Shown: positions 29,623 through 39,981, counted from the stretch's first letter. The stretch: 64,000 nucleotides of DNA from Cyanophora paradoxa CCMP329 (GCA_004431415.1 QPMI01000092.1:77656-141655); one strand, 5' to 3'. Program-made: numbers and translations. Notes: generated by a model from the sequence alone, not told the origin.

Positions 29623-31098
29623 GTAACGTCCCCGGAAATCAAGCCGGAACGCATTTACATTTATAAATTCGTTTGTTATAATTTGCACATAGTTATACAC
29701 CTGTGGGGTGATCAAGTGCGAGTCACTATGCATTAGATCGAAGCCTGTCATAGATGGGTTTGCAGCAAGCACATTTGCTAGGACCGTATTTTCAAATAGT
29801 GACCCGTCTCGTAAATATCCTAAATTGGTCAGAATGCTGAAATTAAATAGGACTCCGGCGGCAAAGGCTGGCCCATACATAATTATTTGATGTAGCTCAA
29901 AAGGCTTAGGAAACTCGACTTTAATCCAGGGATTAGGTAAAGTGCCCCCTTGGAACCCTGTTGAGTTAGGTCGAACGTGAGAAGGTGGGTGCAATTCCTC
30001 AAAGTCGTTGCTTGTGATGTTTGCATCTGGAATTATAAACCAGTTGACATCAAATGGCGGCTCAACTGTTAAGGTAGACGATATGATAAGTCTCTCATCG
30101 TTCAGTAGGTCGTAGTTCGCCAGTAGAAAGCTACAGAGTGCATTTATTTTAGCATTTATTTCGGTTTGTTTCAGCCATAAATCAGTCGTGGAAATCAAAT
30201 AAGAAATATTCGAAGGCGAGGCATCATCAAGCTTGCTCATGACTGCAGCTGGCAGCGGAACACTTAAACGCCAGTATCTAGTGAGATTCCTATCTGCATC
30301 AACTGGAAGCAGCTCCTGCATTTGAAAGTGCGATTCCAGCTCGCTCCCAGCCATTAGCATAGAAATAATAGGGCTGCCTGAGAGGGATAGGATCCAGCCC
30401 AGGGCGCCCCAGCCTGACGTCTCTGCATTCGAAAAGCCTGCAGTCAGTTGCTCACTAGCTTGGACCTCACCACAGCTGATGCTCACAAGAACAATTGGAT
30501 CCTCTGCATCATAAATTTTGCTGGCGTGGCTTAGCGCTGCAACTGAGGGATTATTCAAACAGGCGATGGCCCCGTCAACAAGGTTTTTGTCTCCTAGAAC
30601 CTTCGGTGGAAAGAATGTTGGCGCTGCAGAAGATGCTCTAACTGCATCACGAATCAGCGTGCTCGAGTATGGCCCATCTTTGGTGAAAACTACGGGCTGC
30701 ATCCGAACTGTATCAAACGCTGTAATTAATATGTCTTTGGTCGATTCTGCAATTGTGTAGTCCAGGGCAACGTCTGTGAGCACCGACTCCAGAGGGTTTG
30801 CATCATAGCGGCTTCCTGAGAGCAAGCTTGTGAGTGATCTCGGATTTGCAAATATTACAGGTAGGTTCGTTTGATATAAACTGAAGATATCACTTGCAGA
30901 ATATCGATAAGCGAGAACAGAGCCTGGGCTGGATGGGGTCGCTAAACCAGCCGCTATTATTGCCCCTGTCGAGGTGCCTGCAAAGAAATCAAACAGCTGT
31001 GGAATTGCTTTCCCAGTAATCGCCTCGATCCGCTGTAGAATTCGGGCAATGACTATGCCACGAGCACCTCCACCTGATAGTGAGAGAATGACCTTCAT
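29614..31098 (-). CDS. Patatin-like phospholipase with C-terminal beta-sandwich (discoidin/F5/8C-like) extension, 494 aa
   Basis: SLSGGGARG oxyanion loop, GTSTG nucleophile, ASSAAPTFFPP, DGA; C-terminal PWIKVEFPKPFELHQIIMYG...FRLDFRG. Confidence 0.88.
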   Translation of the reverse strand: MKVILSLSGGGARGIVIARILQRIEAITGKAIPQLFDFFAGTSTGAIIAAGLATPSSPGSVLAYRYSASDIFSLYQTNLPVIFANPRSLTSLLSGSRYDANPLESVLTDVALDYTIAESTKDILITAFDTVRMQPVVFTKDGPYSSTLIRDAVRASSAAPTFFPPKVLGDKNLVDGAIACLNNPSVAALSHASKIYDAEDPIVLVSISCGEVQASEQLTAGFSNAETSGWGALGWILSLSGSPIISMLMAGSELESHFQMQELLPVDADRNLTRYWRLSVPLPAAVMSKLDDASPSNISYLISTTDLWLKQTEINAKINALCSFLLANYDLLNDERLIISSTLTVEPPFDVNWFIIPDANITSNDFEELHPPSHVRPNSTGFQGGTLPNPWIKVEFPKPFELHQIIMYGPAFAAGVLFNFSILTNLGYLRDGSLFENTVLANVLAANPSMTGFDLMHSDSHLITPQVYNYVQIITNEFINVNAFRLDFRGRYLN

Positions 31099-31122
31099 TT
31101 TTAAAAGGGGGCTTATATAAAA

Positions 31123-34100
31123 ATGTCCTACATCTTAAAGAAGCCAGTGCCACTTCGTAAAGCTCCAGATCTCGTGGATGATCGGCATATAAATATTCGC
31201 GTATTTGGGAGTACTCTAATTGAGTACAATGCTGACAAAGATATACACCAGACTGAGTTAAATCGCCCAGCTGCATTAATTCTGCGCAACTCACATGTTG
31301 GCGCCCCGGATATTGCACAGAGATTTTGTCTGGGTCCAGCTGAGAATTATGTTGCTGAAATAGTCGGATCCAGGGCTTTACCGCGTCACCTACGCATTGC
31401 CTCTTCAGGCACAGTTTCCAAGTATGATTCTGGTAGATTAATATTTAGGCTTCAAAATGATAGAGGGGTCCACACATCAGCTCTACGCCTTATTGATGAA
31501 TCCAATGCCATCACGAACAAGACAGCTGCTCAAATTACAGGGCGAATCCTCCTTGGTGAAGACGCAGGGATATCAGTGCTATCATCGCAAATCCAACCAT
31601 TTCCCTGGGATTTACTTTATACAGCTGCACGAGAAACAAATATTTTATACGGATTTGATGTTAATCAAATTGATACAGAGCCTGCTACCAGGTTAGATAT
31701 TCCTGGATGCACCTTTGGCTCTATCCTGATTGAGGGTGACAGACACCTGCTCCCGGCATTGCATGATAGATATGACCTAGGGCTTCGCACCAGGCAGTGG
31801 CGAAATATTCATGGAACAAATATTTATCAGGACGGTAAGAAAGTAAGCACTGAAGAGGAGGTGATCAACATTTTCAACTACTACTTTGGACCTATTGTCC
31901 CTATACCACCTATACCACCTCTTCCAGGGCTACCAAAGCCGCCAACCCCGGATGGACCAGGTCGAGAGCGAGTTGCTGATGAAACAATCCCATTTGGTCA
32001 AAATATTATATCGTGGGAGGCTGTCAGGAATCGCCCAGTGATTGAACCCTATAAGCATCCGCATGAAGAATACCTACCGCCTGATATAGAAGTTTTTCCA
32101 CTCGAGATGTACACAGAGCCGGAAGAGCAGTTACTTCCTGATGGCTTAGATGTTCAAGAACTCGAGTACGAGCAGCCTGTGATTCCGCATGAGCAGCTGC
32201 TTCCAGACGGCTTTGAACCTATTCTCTTCCCCTTGGAGTTCACCGTAGACTGGGAATCAATTACGAACAAACCTGAGATTTTTCCGCCGGAGGAACACAG
32301 ACATGATTGGGACGAGATTGATAATAAGCCTTTAAGGTTTCCCCCAGAGGATCACAGGCACGATTGGGAAGACATTGATAACGTTCCTCCGGAGTTTCCT
32401 CCAGAAGACCATAGACATAATTGGGACGAAATCGATCAACAGCCTACCTTCGCATCCGCAGGTAATATATTAACAGACTTTCCACATGGTGTAAGTCTCT
32501 ATCAGAACATTGAGATACCAGAAAGATTACAATTAAATGACTACTACGTAAGTCGCAAAGGAATAGATGCAGGCACCACTATGGAGGGTGAACTTTATAT
32601 TAGACCACCTACAAGAAATGTAATATTACCACTTGGTGGTGGCATAGAAATTAAAGACACTAAACCAGGAATCTACTTAACCAATTACTACGTGGATGAT
32701 GTCCCGATGACAGGAGGTTTAATATCTCTCCCTTCTGATCCAGCAAACTTTGATAACAAAGATGCTACTCTACAAATCAATGTGACTAATGTTAGCGATT
32801 TCGATGGTTCAAGGCCAAAATTAATATTCAGCCGTGAGCAACTCGCAGCAGAAACCCTTTTAGGAAATCGTGACGATTATAAACAGTGTGAGGTAGCATG
32901 GATAAAAACAAATTATAATGGTGGAGTTCCTGAGGGTCTTTTAGAAATCAATCAGAGAGCCTCAGCGAAAAACATTCATAACGAAAATATTTCAAGAGTC
33001 GTAACAGAAGATTATTTTAGATGGGATAATATCCCTGACGCACCCGAAAAATTCCCACCCTCAGATCATGAACATGTAAAAGCAGATATTACAGATTTCG
33101 CCCATACTCACACAAAAGACCAAATAACAGATTTCGCACACAAACATGTCAAAGCAGATATTACGGATTTCGCACATGAACACGTCAAAGCCGATATTAC
33201 AGATTTTGCCCATACTCACACAAAAGACCAAATAACAGATTTCGCACACAAACATGTCAAAGCAGATATTACGGATTTTGCACATGAACACGTCAAAGCC
33301 GATATTACAGATTTCGCCCACACTCACACAAAAGACCAAATAACAGATTTCGCACACAAACATGTCAAAGCAGATATTACGGATTTTGCACATGAACACG
33401 TCAAAGCCGATATTACAGATTTCGCCCATAGGCACGATTGGGACGAAATAGATCAACAGCCAGTATTTGCACAATTGAATGCAATCGGAAATGTTTTTAA
33501 TGGAGTCACACTTTACCAATCGATTAATACACCTGACAGGTTATATTTGAATGATCATTACGTTAGTCTCAATGGATCGTTTACAGGTCAAGAAGGCACA
33601 CCGATGGTGGGAACTCTCGCTGTAAGATTACCCAGGGATCCAATCGTAAATGGAGTGTATAGTGGTGATTTCAACGTAGGAGTAAACGATACTTTCCCCA
33701 GTATTTATGTTACGAATTATCACCCAGGGGAAACAGGACAAGTAGCGGATTTTTCAGCAGCTATTCAAATTAATGTAACAGATCAAAGCGCATATGATGG
33801 AGCAAGACCTAAAATAGTATTCACAAGGGAGAAAGTTGTTAACTATCTTCCCGTTGCGGGACAACCCACAGATGATCACGGAAAATGTGAGATGGCGTGG
33901 ATTAAAACGACATCAGGTGGCGCCTTAGAAGTCAATCAGAGAATGGCGGCGAAAAACTTACACAATACAACCCTTTCAGGAGTGGTTACAGATGATTACC
34001 TAACCAATAAAGGATATCTTACCACCGCAGATTTAAGCAGTTATGCAACGGATGCAGAATTAGCGGCGGCACTTGCGAATTACTTACCTCTTACAGGTGG

Positions 34101-36945
34101 GACTGTTAATGGAACCGTTAACGCTACCACTTTACAAATTGGCGGAACCACAATACCAAAAGGTTTCGAATTCGATCAATTAGACACTGTTTCAACAGAT
34201 AGAAGCGCAAATAATTGGACTGTTAATTGGACAGGACAAAGAACAGGACAAACAGGATGTTACACAAACCCACTAAATGATGAAGATTGCAGCGGATGTT
34301 TTATGCGTTGGACAGTTCCAGAAGGTATGAAATCGTTTTACATTCAACTTTTACTTTGGGATAATTGTAGATATTTCGATATATACGGACAAACCGTGAA
34401 TAACCATCAACATTTCCTTAGACGCGTTAATAACTATCAAGCTGTTCAAGTTGGCGCCGTTCAAGATGGAACGTATATGGCTATTGCGTTTACTTCTGTA
34501 AATTGTGAATTTTACAGTAAAATATATGTTCAAGGGCGAAAAGGTCGCATTTATCTAACGGGTGTTTTCGGTTGGAGTAGACAAAGAGCAACTGATACGG
34601 ATGTAGGATTAGTGCATTATGATAATATCGCTTTTAATCCTGTCGGCAAATATTCAGATTTCGATGTAGTGAGTGGTTGGAATAGCACTGGTGTAGCGTT
34701 TGTTGGAAGTTGGCAGACCGATTGGAAACCTACAACAGATAACCCAGTAGCAGGATTTTATAGCAGCACAACAGACGATGCAACCAGTAGTGACTACGCG
34801 CAAGTTGTAGTGCCGACGGGAATGAAAACATGTCACATCCAATATTTATGTTGGACGAATGCAAGATACTTTGATATTCAGGGATTCCGCAACAGTCGAT
34901 GGAATCATATTATGAGAGTGAATACTTACCAGAATGTATCAAACACAGCCGATTCATTATGGCATGACAGTTTATTATGGACTTCCGTATTTTGTGGGAA
35001 TTTTACACATATTAGAGTTGTGGCAAGAAAAGGACGTGTTCATATTGGATATTTTGCATGGACGAAAGAAGTAGGAAGAACAGCACCAGCAAATGGAATG
35101 ATAAGTTGGGATAATATTTACAGTCGTCCGGCATTAATTACAGCCGCAGACCTTCCAGGAACGGCAACATGGGCAATTGATACATGGTTAAAATCAGCAG
35201 ACAACTACTCGCGGTTTTATTTTGCAAATGCAAATGCAACATACATTAGAGGTAGACCTAATAACGATAATGCGTGTGTTGTATTCAGAAACTCAGCAGA
35301 TTCTACAATTTTACAATCATATGAAAATGGCAACCTTGCGGTTACTAATACTTTGATTGCTCCGACCATAAGTGCAACAACCATAGATGTTGCAACATTA
35401 AAAAGAAATGGTTATGAAATTCCGAAATTCTACGGTTTTGATGACACAGTAGCAGGTGGTGCTTATCATTCATCGGGCGGAACTTGGTCGGTTGGGTATG
35501 GAACAGCTTGGGATCCAGGATATAATTATGGTAGTCATGTGTATAATAGTGAAAGTCAAGATGAAGTGTCTACAACAACTTGGATTCAGTATACAATTCC
35601 CACCGCATTAGTGAATGGAACAGCATACCTTACACATTTACCATGGTATAATTGCCGTTACTTTGAGATTTGGGGAGTCCGTAGTAATGGGGCAATAGTA
35701 TTTATTACAAGAGTAAATAACTATCAGCCACATGATGGTAACGCAGACGGTCACCACAACGGGTTAAACAATGTCCCAATTTTCCTTGCCGGTCGATTTA
35801 CTCACCTCCGTATTTATCCCAGAGTTGGAAGAGTTCACATTATGGGTATTGGTTTTACGCACGATCGAGCAAATAGTAGTTCATATGGTGGTCACACAGG
35901 TTACATTTCTTGGGATAACATTTATAGTAAGCCAAATCTACTTACACCGAGTTTAGTTGGAAACATTACAGGTTTTGATACTTGGAGTGGAACAGGTAGT
36001 GGTGGTCTATCATTTAGCGGATCTTGGGTATCAGGTTGGACGGCTACTAATGATAATCCTGTGGACGGATTTTATAGCAGTATTGAAGGAGAAACGACGA
36101 GTAGTGATTGGGCGCAAATCGAAAAACCAGCAAATATGAAAACATGTCACGTTCAATACTTGTGTTGGACAAATACAAGATATTTCGATATTGGAGGTTA
36201 TCGATCGGGTAGATGGTTCCACATTATGCGAGTAAATACTTACCAGGCTATCTCAAATTATGGAACTTCTGATTATCACGATGGGTTGGCGTGGGCTTCC
36301 TTTGCTTGTGATAACTTTTCACACGTAAGATTTGTTGCAAGTAAAGGACGGTGTTACATCGGTATGGTTGGATGGACAAAAGAAAAAGGAAGAACCACAC
36401 CAGCAAATGGGACGATCAGTTGGGATAACGTTTTTAGCAAACCAAATAGCGCAACTTGGGCTACCGGAACTTGGATAACATCAACTGATAATTATGAAAG
36501 AGTATATTTCGGTTCAGCATCAACTACATATATTAGAGGACATGCAACAACAGTAGTAGAATTTAGAAATACGATAGATACACATGTAGCATTTATAAAT
36601 GACGATGGTTACATGTGGGTTAGAAACTATCTCGGACAAGGTAGCGATAGAAGATACAAAACCGATATTAAAAAGATAACGGGCGCTCTTTCAGCAATTG
36701 AAAAGTTAGAAGGAGTGAGTTTTAAACGAATCGGAAGTGAAAAAGACGGAACAAGATTAGGGTTAATTGCGCAAGATGTGCAACAGGTTATACCAGAAGT
36801 TGTTAGAGCAAAACAAGATGATGGCTACTTAGCTCTCGAATACACGGGTTTAATTCCGGTTCTCATAGAAGCTGTTAAAGAATTATCTAAGAAATGCAAG
36901 GGTCTACAAGATCAAATAGATCAATGGCGCAGCCAGGCTGCTTAA
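31123..36945 (+). CDS. Giant fibre/spike protein with HxH repeats and C-terminal peptidase S74 intramolecular chaperone, 1940 aa
   Basis: W..I.NKP..FPP..H.H repeats, 12-aa HxH repeats, four RYF[DE]I domains, SDRRYKTDI...GLIAQDVQQVIPEVV...LIEAVKEL. Confidence 0.88.
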   Translation: MSYILKKPVPLRKAPDLVDDRHINIRVFGSTLIEYNADKDIHQTELNRPAALILRNSHVGAPDIAQRFCLGPAENYVAEIVGSRALPRHLRIASSGTVSKYDSGRLIFRLQNDRGVHTSALRLIDESNAITNKTAAQITGRILLGEDAGISVLSSQIQPFPWDLLYTAARETNILYGFDVNQIDTEPATRLDIPGCTFGSILIEGDRHLLPALHDRYDLGLRTRQWRNIHGTNIYQDGKKVSTEEEVINIFNYYFGPIVPIPPIPPLPGLPKPPTPDGPGRERVADETIPFGQNIISWEAVRNRPVIEPYKHPHEEYLPPDIEVFPLEMYTEPEEQLLPDGLDVQELEYEQPVIPHEQLLPDGFEPILFPLEFTVDWESITNKPEIFPPEEHRHDWDEIDNKPLRFPPEDHRHDWEDIDNVPPEFPPEDHRHNWDEIDQQPTFASAGNILTDFPHGVSLYQNIEIPERLQLNDYYVSRKGIDAGTTMEGELYIRPPTRNVILPLGGGIEIKDTKPGIYLTNYYVDDVPMTGGLISLPSDPANFDNKDATLQINVTNVSDFDGSRPKLIFSREQLAAETLLGNRDDYKQCEVAWIKTNYNGGVPEGLLEINQRASAKNIHNENISRVVTEDYFRWDNIPDAPEKFPPSDHEHVKADITDFAHTHTKDQITDFAHKHVKADITDFAHEHVKADITDFAHTHTKDQITDFAHKHVKADITDFAHEHVKADITDFAHTHTKDQITDFAHKHVKADITDFAHEHVKADITDFAHRHDWDEIDQQPVFAQLNAIGNVFNGVTLYQSINTPDRLYLNDHYVSLNGSFTGQEGTPMVGTLAVRLPRDPIVNGVYSGDFNVGVNDTFPSIYVTNYHPGETGQVADFSAAIQINVTDQSAYDGARPKIVFTREKVVNYLPVAGQPTDDHGKCEMAWIKTTSGGALEVNQRMAAKNLHNTTLSGVVTDDYLTNKGYLTTADLSSYATDAELAAALANYLPLTGGTVNGTVNATTLQIGGTTIPKGFEFDQLDTVSTDRSANNWTVNWTGQRTGQTGCYTNPLNDEDCSGCFMRWTVPEGMKSFYIQLLLWDNCRYFDIYGQTVNNHQHFLRRVNNYQAVQVGAVQDGTYMAIAFTSVNCEFYSKIYVQGRKGRIYLTGVFGWSRQRATDTDVGLVHYDNIAFNPVGKYSDFDVVSGWNSTGVAFVGSWQTDWKPTTDNPVAGFYSSTTDDATSSDYAQVVVPTGMKTCHIQYLCWTNARYFDIQGFRNSRWNHIMRVNTYQNVSNTADSLWHDSLLWTSVFCGNFTHIRVVARKGRVHIGYFAWTKEVGRTAPANGMISWDNIYSRPALITAADLPGTATWAIDTWLKSADNYSRFYFANANATYIRGRPNNDNACVVFRNSADSTILQSYENGNLAVTNTLIAPTISATTIDVATLKRNGYEIPKFYGFDDTVAGGAYHSSGGTWSVGYGTAWDPGYNYGSHVYNSESQDEVSTTTWIQYTIPTALVNGTAYLTHLPWYNCRYFEIWGVRSNGAIVFITRVNNYQPHDGNADGHHNGLNNVPIFLAGRFTHLRIYPRVGRVHIMGIGFTHDRANSSSYGGHTGYISWDNIYSKPNLLTPSLVGNITGFDTWSGTGSGGLSFSGSWVSGWTATNDNPVDGFYSSIEGETTSSDWAQIEKPANMKTCHVQYLCWTNTRYFDIGGYRSGRWFHIMRVNTYQAISNYGTSDYHDGLAWASFACDNFSHVRFVASKGRCYIGMVGWTKEKGRTTPANGTISWDNVFSKPNSATWATGTWITSTDNYERVYFGSASTTYIRGHATTVVEFRNTIDTHVAFINDDGYMWVRNYLGQGSDRRYKTDIKKITGALSAIEKLEGVSFKRIGSEKDGTRLGLIAQDVQQVIPEVVRAKQDDGYLALEYTGLIPVLIEAVKELSKKCKGLQDQIDQWRSQAA
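33067..33426 (+). repeat. Coding tandem repeat, 10 x 36 bp with a 108-bp higher-order period
   Basis: (HEHVKADITDFA-HTHTKDQITDFA-HKHVKADITDFA)x3 + HEHVKADITDFA. Confidence 0.95.
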
Positions 36946-36976
36946 CTGCCGTAATAAAAATGTCACAGTATAGTAA

Positions 36977-37285
36977 ATGGCGACCTATCCACTTGGTGGA
37001 TCTCCTTCCACTACTACTGAGCCTGTCGCTCTTGCATTCGATACTATTAAACTTGTAGCCGCGCTACAAAACGTCGAAAAAACAATTCAGCAAACTAACA
37101 AACTGTCCCCAGTTGTTCATGAATATAAAAACCTCTTGGTTAATGTCCTCGCGCAATCGGCTTATGGTGATCCTGCCGGCAAATATAATGAGCTCGATTC
37201 AAACCTGAAAACTATGATGATGTCACTTCATAACCTATCCACTATCTATCAAGCTCTCGGATCAAATCTGATCACTCCAGCTTGA
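36977..37285 (+). CDS. Hypothetical helical protein (102 aa)
   Basis: ATG in A-rich context; tightly packed after the fibre gene. Confidence 0.65.
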   Translation: MATYPLGGSPSTTTEPVALAFDTIKLVAALQNVEKTIQQTNKLSPVVHEYKNLLVNVLAQSAYGDPAGKYNELDSNLKTMMMSLHNLSTIYQALGSNLITPA

Positions 37286-37322
37286 CGTTGCTGCATTATT
37301 TTTTCTCTTTCGTTTCTATCAA

Positions 37323-38171
37323 ATGACCGAGTACAATCGGGTCCAACTACCTATCTACTCGCTCGGCTCCCCAGCCATCCATATGAGGCAGCACGAAGTT
37401 AGCGATGCCATTGCTGGATTAGAGTCCACTGAGCGGCCAAATTCAACTAACGCCTTTGATCAGCGATCGGTGATTCGGTGTAAAGAATTGCGCGCAGATA
37501 AAAACTCTGGGGTTGTCAAAACAACGCGATTACTAGTTACAAATGCCAATTTCTCACAGCCCATAACAGGGGGAGTTGATTCGTACAGTGTTGACCTCCG
37601 AAGCATAAACTATGATCAAAACACTGCTGCCCTCACTGTGCGCTCCGGAGGAGCGGCTATTACCGGTGCTTGCCGAGTTAGTGGAGGGCTATCATCATCG
37701 ATTGCCATCAATGATGTCCCAGACTTTTCATTAGAGAATGCTGAAAATCGTAAACGAGTTCGCATGTATGTACCCTGCTGTGACCTCCCCTATGCACAAG
37801 CTCTAGTAGAAGTTGAAATTACAATAGCTAATTCCAGCACACCAAATGGTCTCGATGGAGAGAGGTTGCTTTCAAACAGAGAAATCCCCAAGGCACTTCA
37901 ATCGCTCTGTCAAGATCAAAATGATCAAATAGGCCATGTTTACACGTTCTTTGTACAGGGTCTAGGACACGCAGGACGTGGATACGTTGTTCGTAATATT
38001 AATACAAGGCATCTTTTCGATTTATATGCTACTGCTATAGGCAGATATTCTATCCTAATCATTGGCTATCGCTCCGATGTGGCTGCATCTGTGGCCACTA
38101 GAGGACTGAATCCTGATCCGGCACTGAATAATATGTATGAGGAAGGCAATCCGGAAAATCCTATACCTTAA
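37323..38171 (+). CDS. Hypothetical protein, paralogue of 38201-39034 (possible structural/fibre-associated)
   Basis: Shared blocks GLESTE, DKN.GVVKTT.L.VTNANF, RSGGA, R.YVP. Confidence 0.75.
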   Translation: MTEYNRVQLPIYSLGSPAIHMRQHEVSDAIAGLESTERPNSTNAFDQRSVIRCKELRADKNSGVVKTTRLLVTNANFSQPITGGVDSYSVDLRSINYDQNTAALTVRSGGAAITGACRVSGGLSSSIAINDVPDFSLENAENRKRVRMYVPCCDLPYAQALVEVEITIANSSTPNGLDGERLLSNREIPKALQSLCQDQNDQIGHVYTFFVQGLGHAGRGYVVRNINTRHLFDLYATAIGRYSILIIGYRSDVAASVATRGLNPDPALNNMYEEGNPENPIP

Positions 38172-38200
38172 GTGGAAAGTTTTATCTCCTGTTTTCTAAA

Positions 38201-39034
38201 ATGGAAGCTGTTGAAAGAATAGTAGTTCCAACTTTAACTCTTGCGGCCCCAGTAAATCACGTCCTGCAGCATGCGATTTCCGACGACGTGCCTGGCCTAG
38301 AGTCTACAGAGCAGCAGCCAACTCTTAACACTTTTCGGGAGAATCACATATTACGTTTAGGAGAGGTTAGATGTGACAAAAATAATGGAGTGGTCAAAAC
38401 AACAAATCTTGTCGTAACAAACGCAAACTTTAATGCACATTATGGGGATCCTGATAGCTATGACGACGCTAACAAGGTTAACACGTTTACCTACGAATCA
38501 AGAACAGGGGCTGTTACCTGCAGGTCCGGAGGTGCTTATATTGGAGATGGCCTGAGAGTGGGTGGAGCTGCTTGCGCCCCTATATTTGTAAATGATCAAC
38601 CTAACCCTGAAAACACTAATGAAAGAATCAGAACGTATGTTCCTGGTATGAATTTGCCTTATATTATCAAAGTCTTCACGCTAAACATAAATGAGCAAAC
38701 ATCGATCGTAGATAACGTTCAGCCACTCGGAAATCATTTCAAGAGTGTTGTTGATATTCCCCCGGATATCTACTTCCTTTGTAGGAGAAACGATGCTCTC
38801 CGGCCAAACATAGCTGTTTTAATTAATCCTATTGACAATTTTGGTGTCGCTTTCCATTCTACTCCAGTGGGGGTTGAAGATTACCAGTTTATTGTGAGGG
38901 CTACGCTTATGGGCGCCTACAAAATTATTCTATTTGCCGAAAGAACAGATGTGATTGCAAATGGTGTTAAGTACGGTGAGACCTTCAATTCGAATCGTTA
39001 TTTCCCAATTGGTGGGGCCGATCCTAATCCCTGA
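38201..39034 (+). CDS. Hypothetical protein, paralogue of 37323-38171
   Basis: Same shared N-terminal blocks; divergent C-terminal half. Confidence 0.75.
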   Translation: MEAVERIVVPTLTLAAPVNHVLQHAISDDVPGLESTEQQPTLNTFRENHILRLGEVRCDKNNGVVKTTNLVVTNANFNAHYGDPDSYDDANKVNTFTYESRTGAVTCRSGGAYIGDGLRVGGAACAPIFVNDQPNPENTNERIRTYVPGMNLPYIIKVFTLNINEQTSIVDNVQPLGNHFKSVVDIPPDIYFLCRRNDALRPNIAVLINPIDNFGVAFHSTPVGVEDYQFIVRATLMGAYKIILFAERTDVIANGVKYGETFNSNRYFPIGGADPNP

Positions 39035-39068
39035 CTGAGCCCCGAATTATTTACTGAGACCTCTGATA

Positions 39069-39314
39069 ATGGCCTCATGTCTTGCAGGGCTGTTTGAGTT
39101 GCTACATCATTTCCATGCACACTCCCGCTTGCAATCCCAGTGCTGCACAGCTGACCTAGATCTTTCTTTTGGTGGTGATCATGACAGCAACAGCGCCAAC
39201 CGTGAAGCTGAACTCGATGCTCTTCAGCACGTAGAAGATCCAGCACCGCCCGGTGTGCACTACCAGAGGCCTCGGACGCCGTCAATAACGTACCATCTAT
39301 ATCAGGATGCTTGA
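39069..39314 (+). CDS. Small hypothetical protein (81 aa)
   Basis: ATG-started ORF filling the gap between two genes; no motif. Confidence 0.4.
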   Translation: MASCLAGLFELLHHFHAHSRLQSQCCTADLDLSFGGDHDSNSANREAELDALQHVEDPAPPGVHYQRPRTPSITYHLYQDA

Positions 39315-39409
39315 AGACTCGCTGAGGCGTCCTGGACATCCTTTTGTTTGCTTTTGAAAAAAAGAAACGGGGACAGCCAGCCGTTTCAAACACATAGATA
39401 GCTTTTTAT

Positions 39410-39913
39410 TTACGCCCTGTTTTCAATTGGGAAATTAAGACGTAGAAAAGGCCGGTCTGCCTCTGCAGTGTGCTCAAGTAGATACTGATCTCGAGCTCTG
39501 GCTGCTTCCTCCGCTGTGGAGAAGCATCCGACATCGATTGTTTTTCTATTTTTGCCAATGGTAGCAACCCATCTGCTTTTCGATCTGTTGTAACTCACTC
39601 CAAGGAATCCGCTGGTGTTATTCGAATTCTTGTCTCGATGCATTCGGTGCTGCTGTTTTGTTACGAACTTTAGATTATCTCTGCGACAATCCAGTTTATC
39701 CCCGCTGACACAGAGGATGCTATGATCTGCAGGAGCTTTCCCCTTCACCAGATCTCTAAATTTCTTATGCCATCTCTCTTCAGGGTGGAATGCTACTGGA
39801 TAGCCATTCGAGTCTATGTAGAACCTCAGACCAGAGAATTTCTCCTCGTCATCTTTCGAGATTAGCACTGAGTGCACTGTGTTTGGTGTCTTCACCTGAA
39901 TTGCAGAGTCCAT
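39410..39913 (-). CDS. HNH-AP2 domain protein with degenerate nuclease site
   Basis: NNTSGFLGVSY...RWVATI...VGCFSTAEEAARARD (AP2); GDKLDCRRDNL (HNH-like, without the usual DH and N). First ATG at 39913. Confidence 0.82.
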   Translation of the reverse strand: MDSAIQVKTPNTVHSVLISKDDEEKFSGLRFYIDSNGYPVAFHPEERWHKKFRDLVKGKAPADHSILCVSGDKLDCRRDNLKFVTKQQHRMHRDKNSNNTSGFLGVSYNRSKSRWVATIGKNRKTIDVGCFSTAEEAARARDQYLLEHTAEADRPFLRLNFPIENRA

Positions 39914-39981
39914 GTATCTTCCTTTCGATAATATAAGAGATTGTGTTCTCTTTATGTCATACACACCCCTCATATTAAACC

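Noticed and set aside
33067-33426. 36-bp periodic repeat as a CRISPR-like array
   Set aside because: No unique spacers, in-frame coding repeat, no cas genes.
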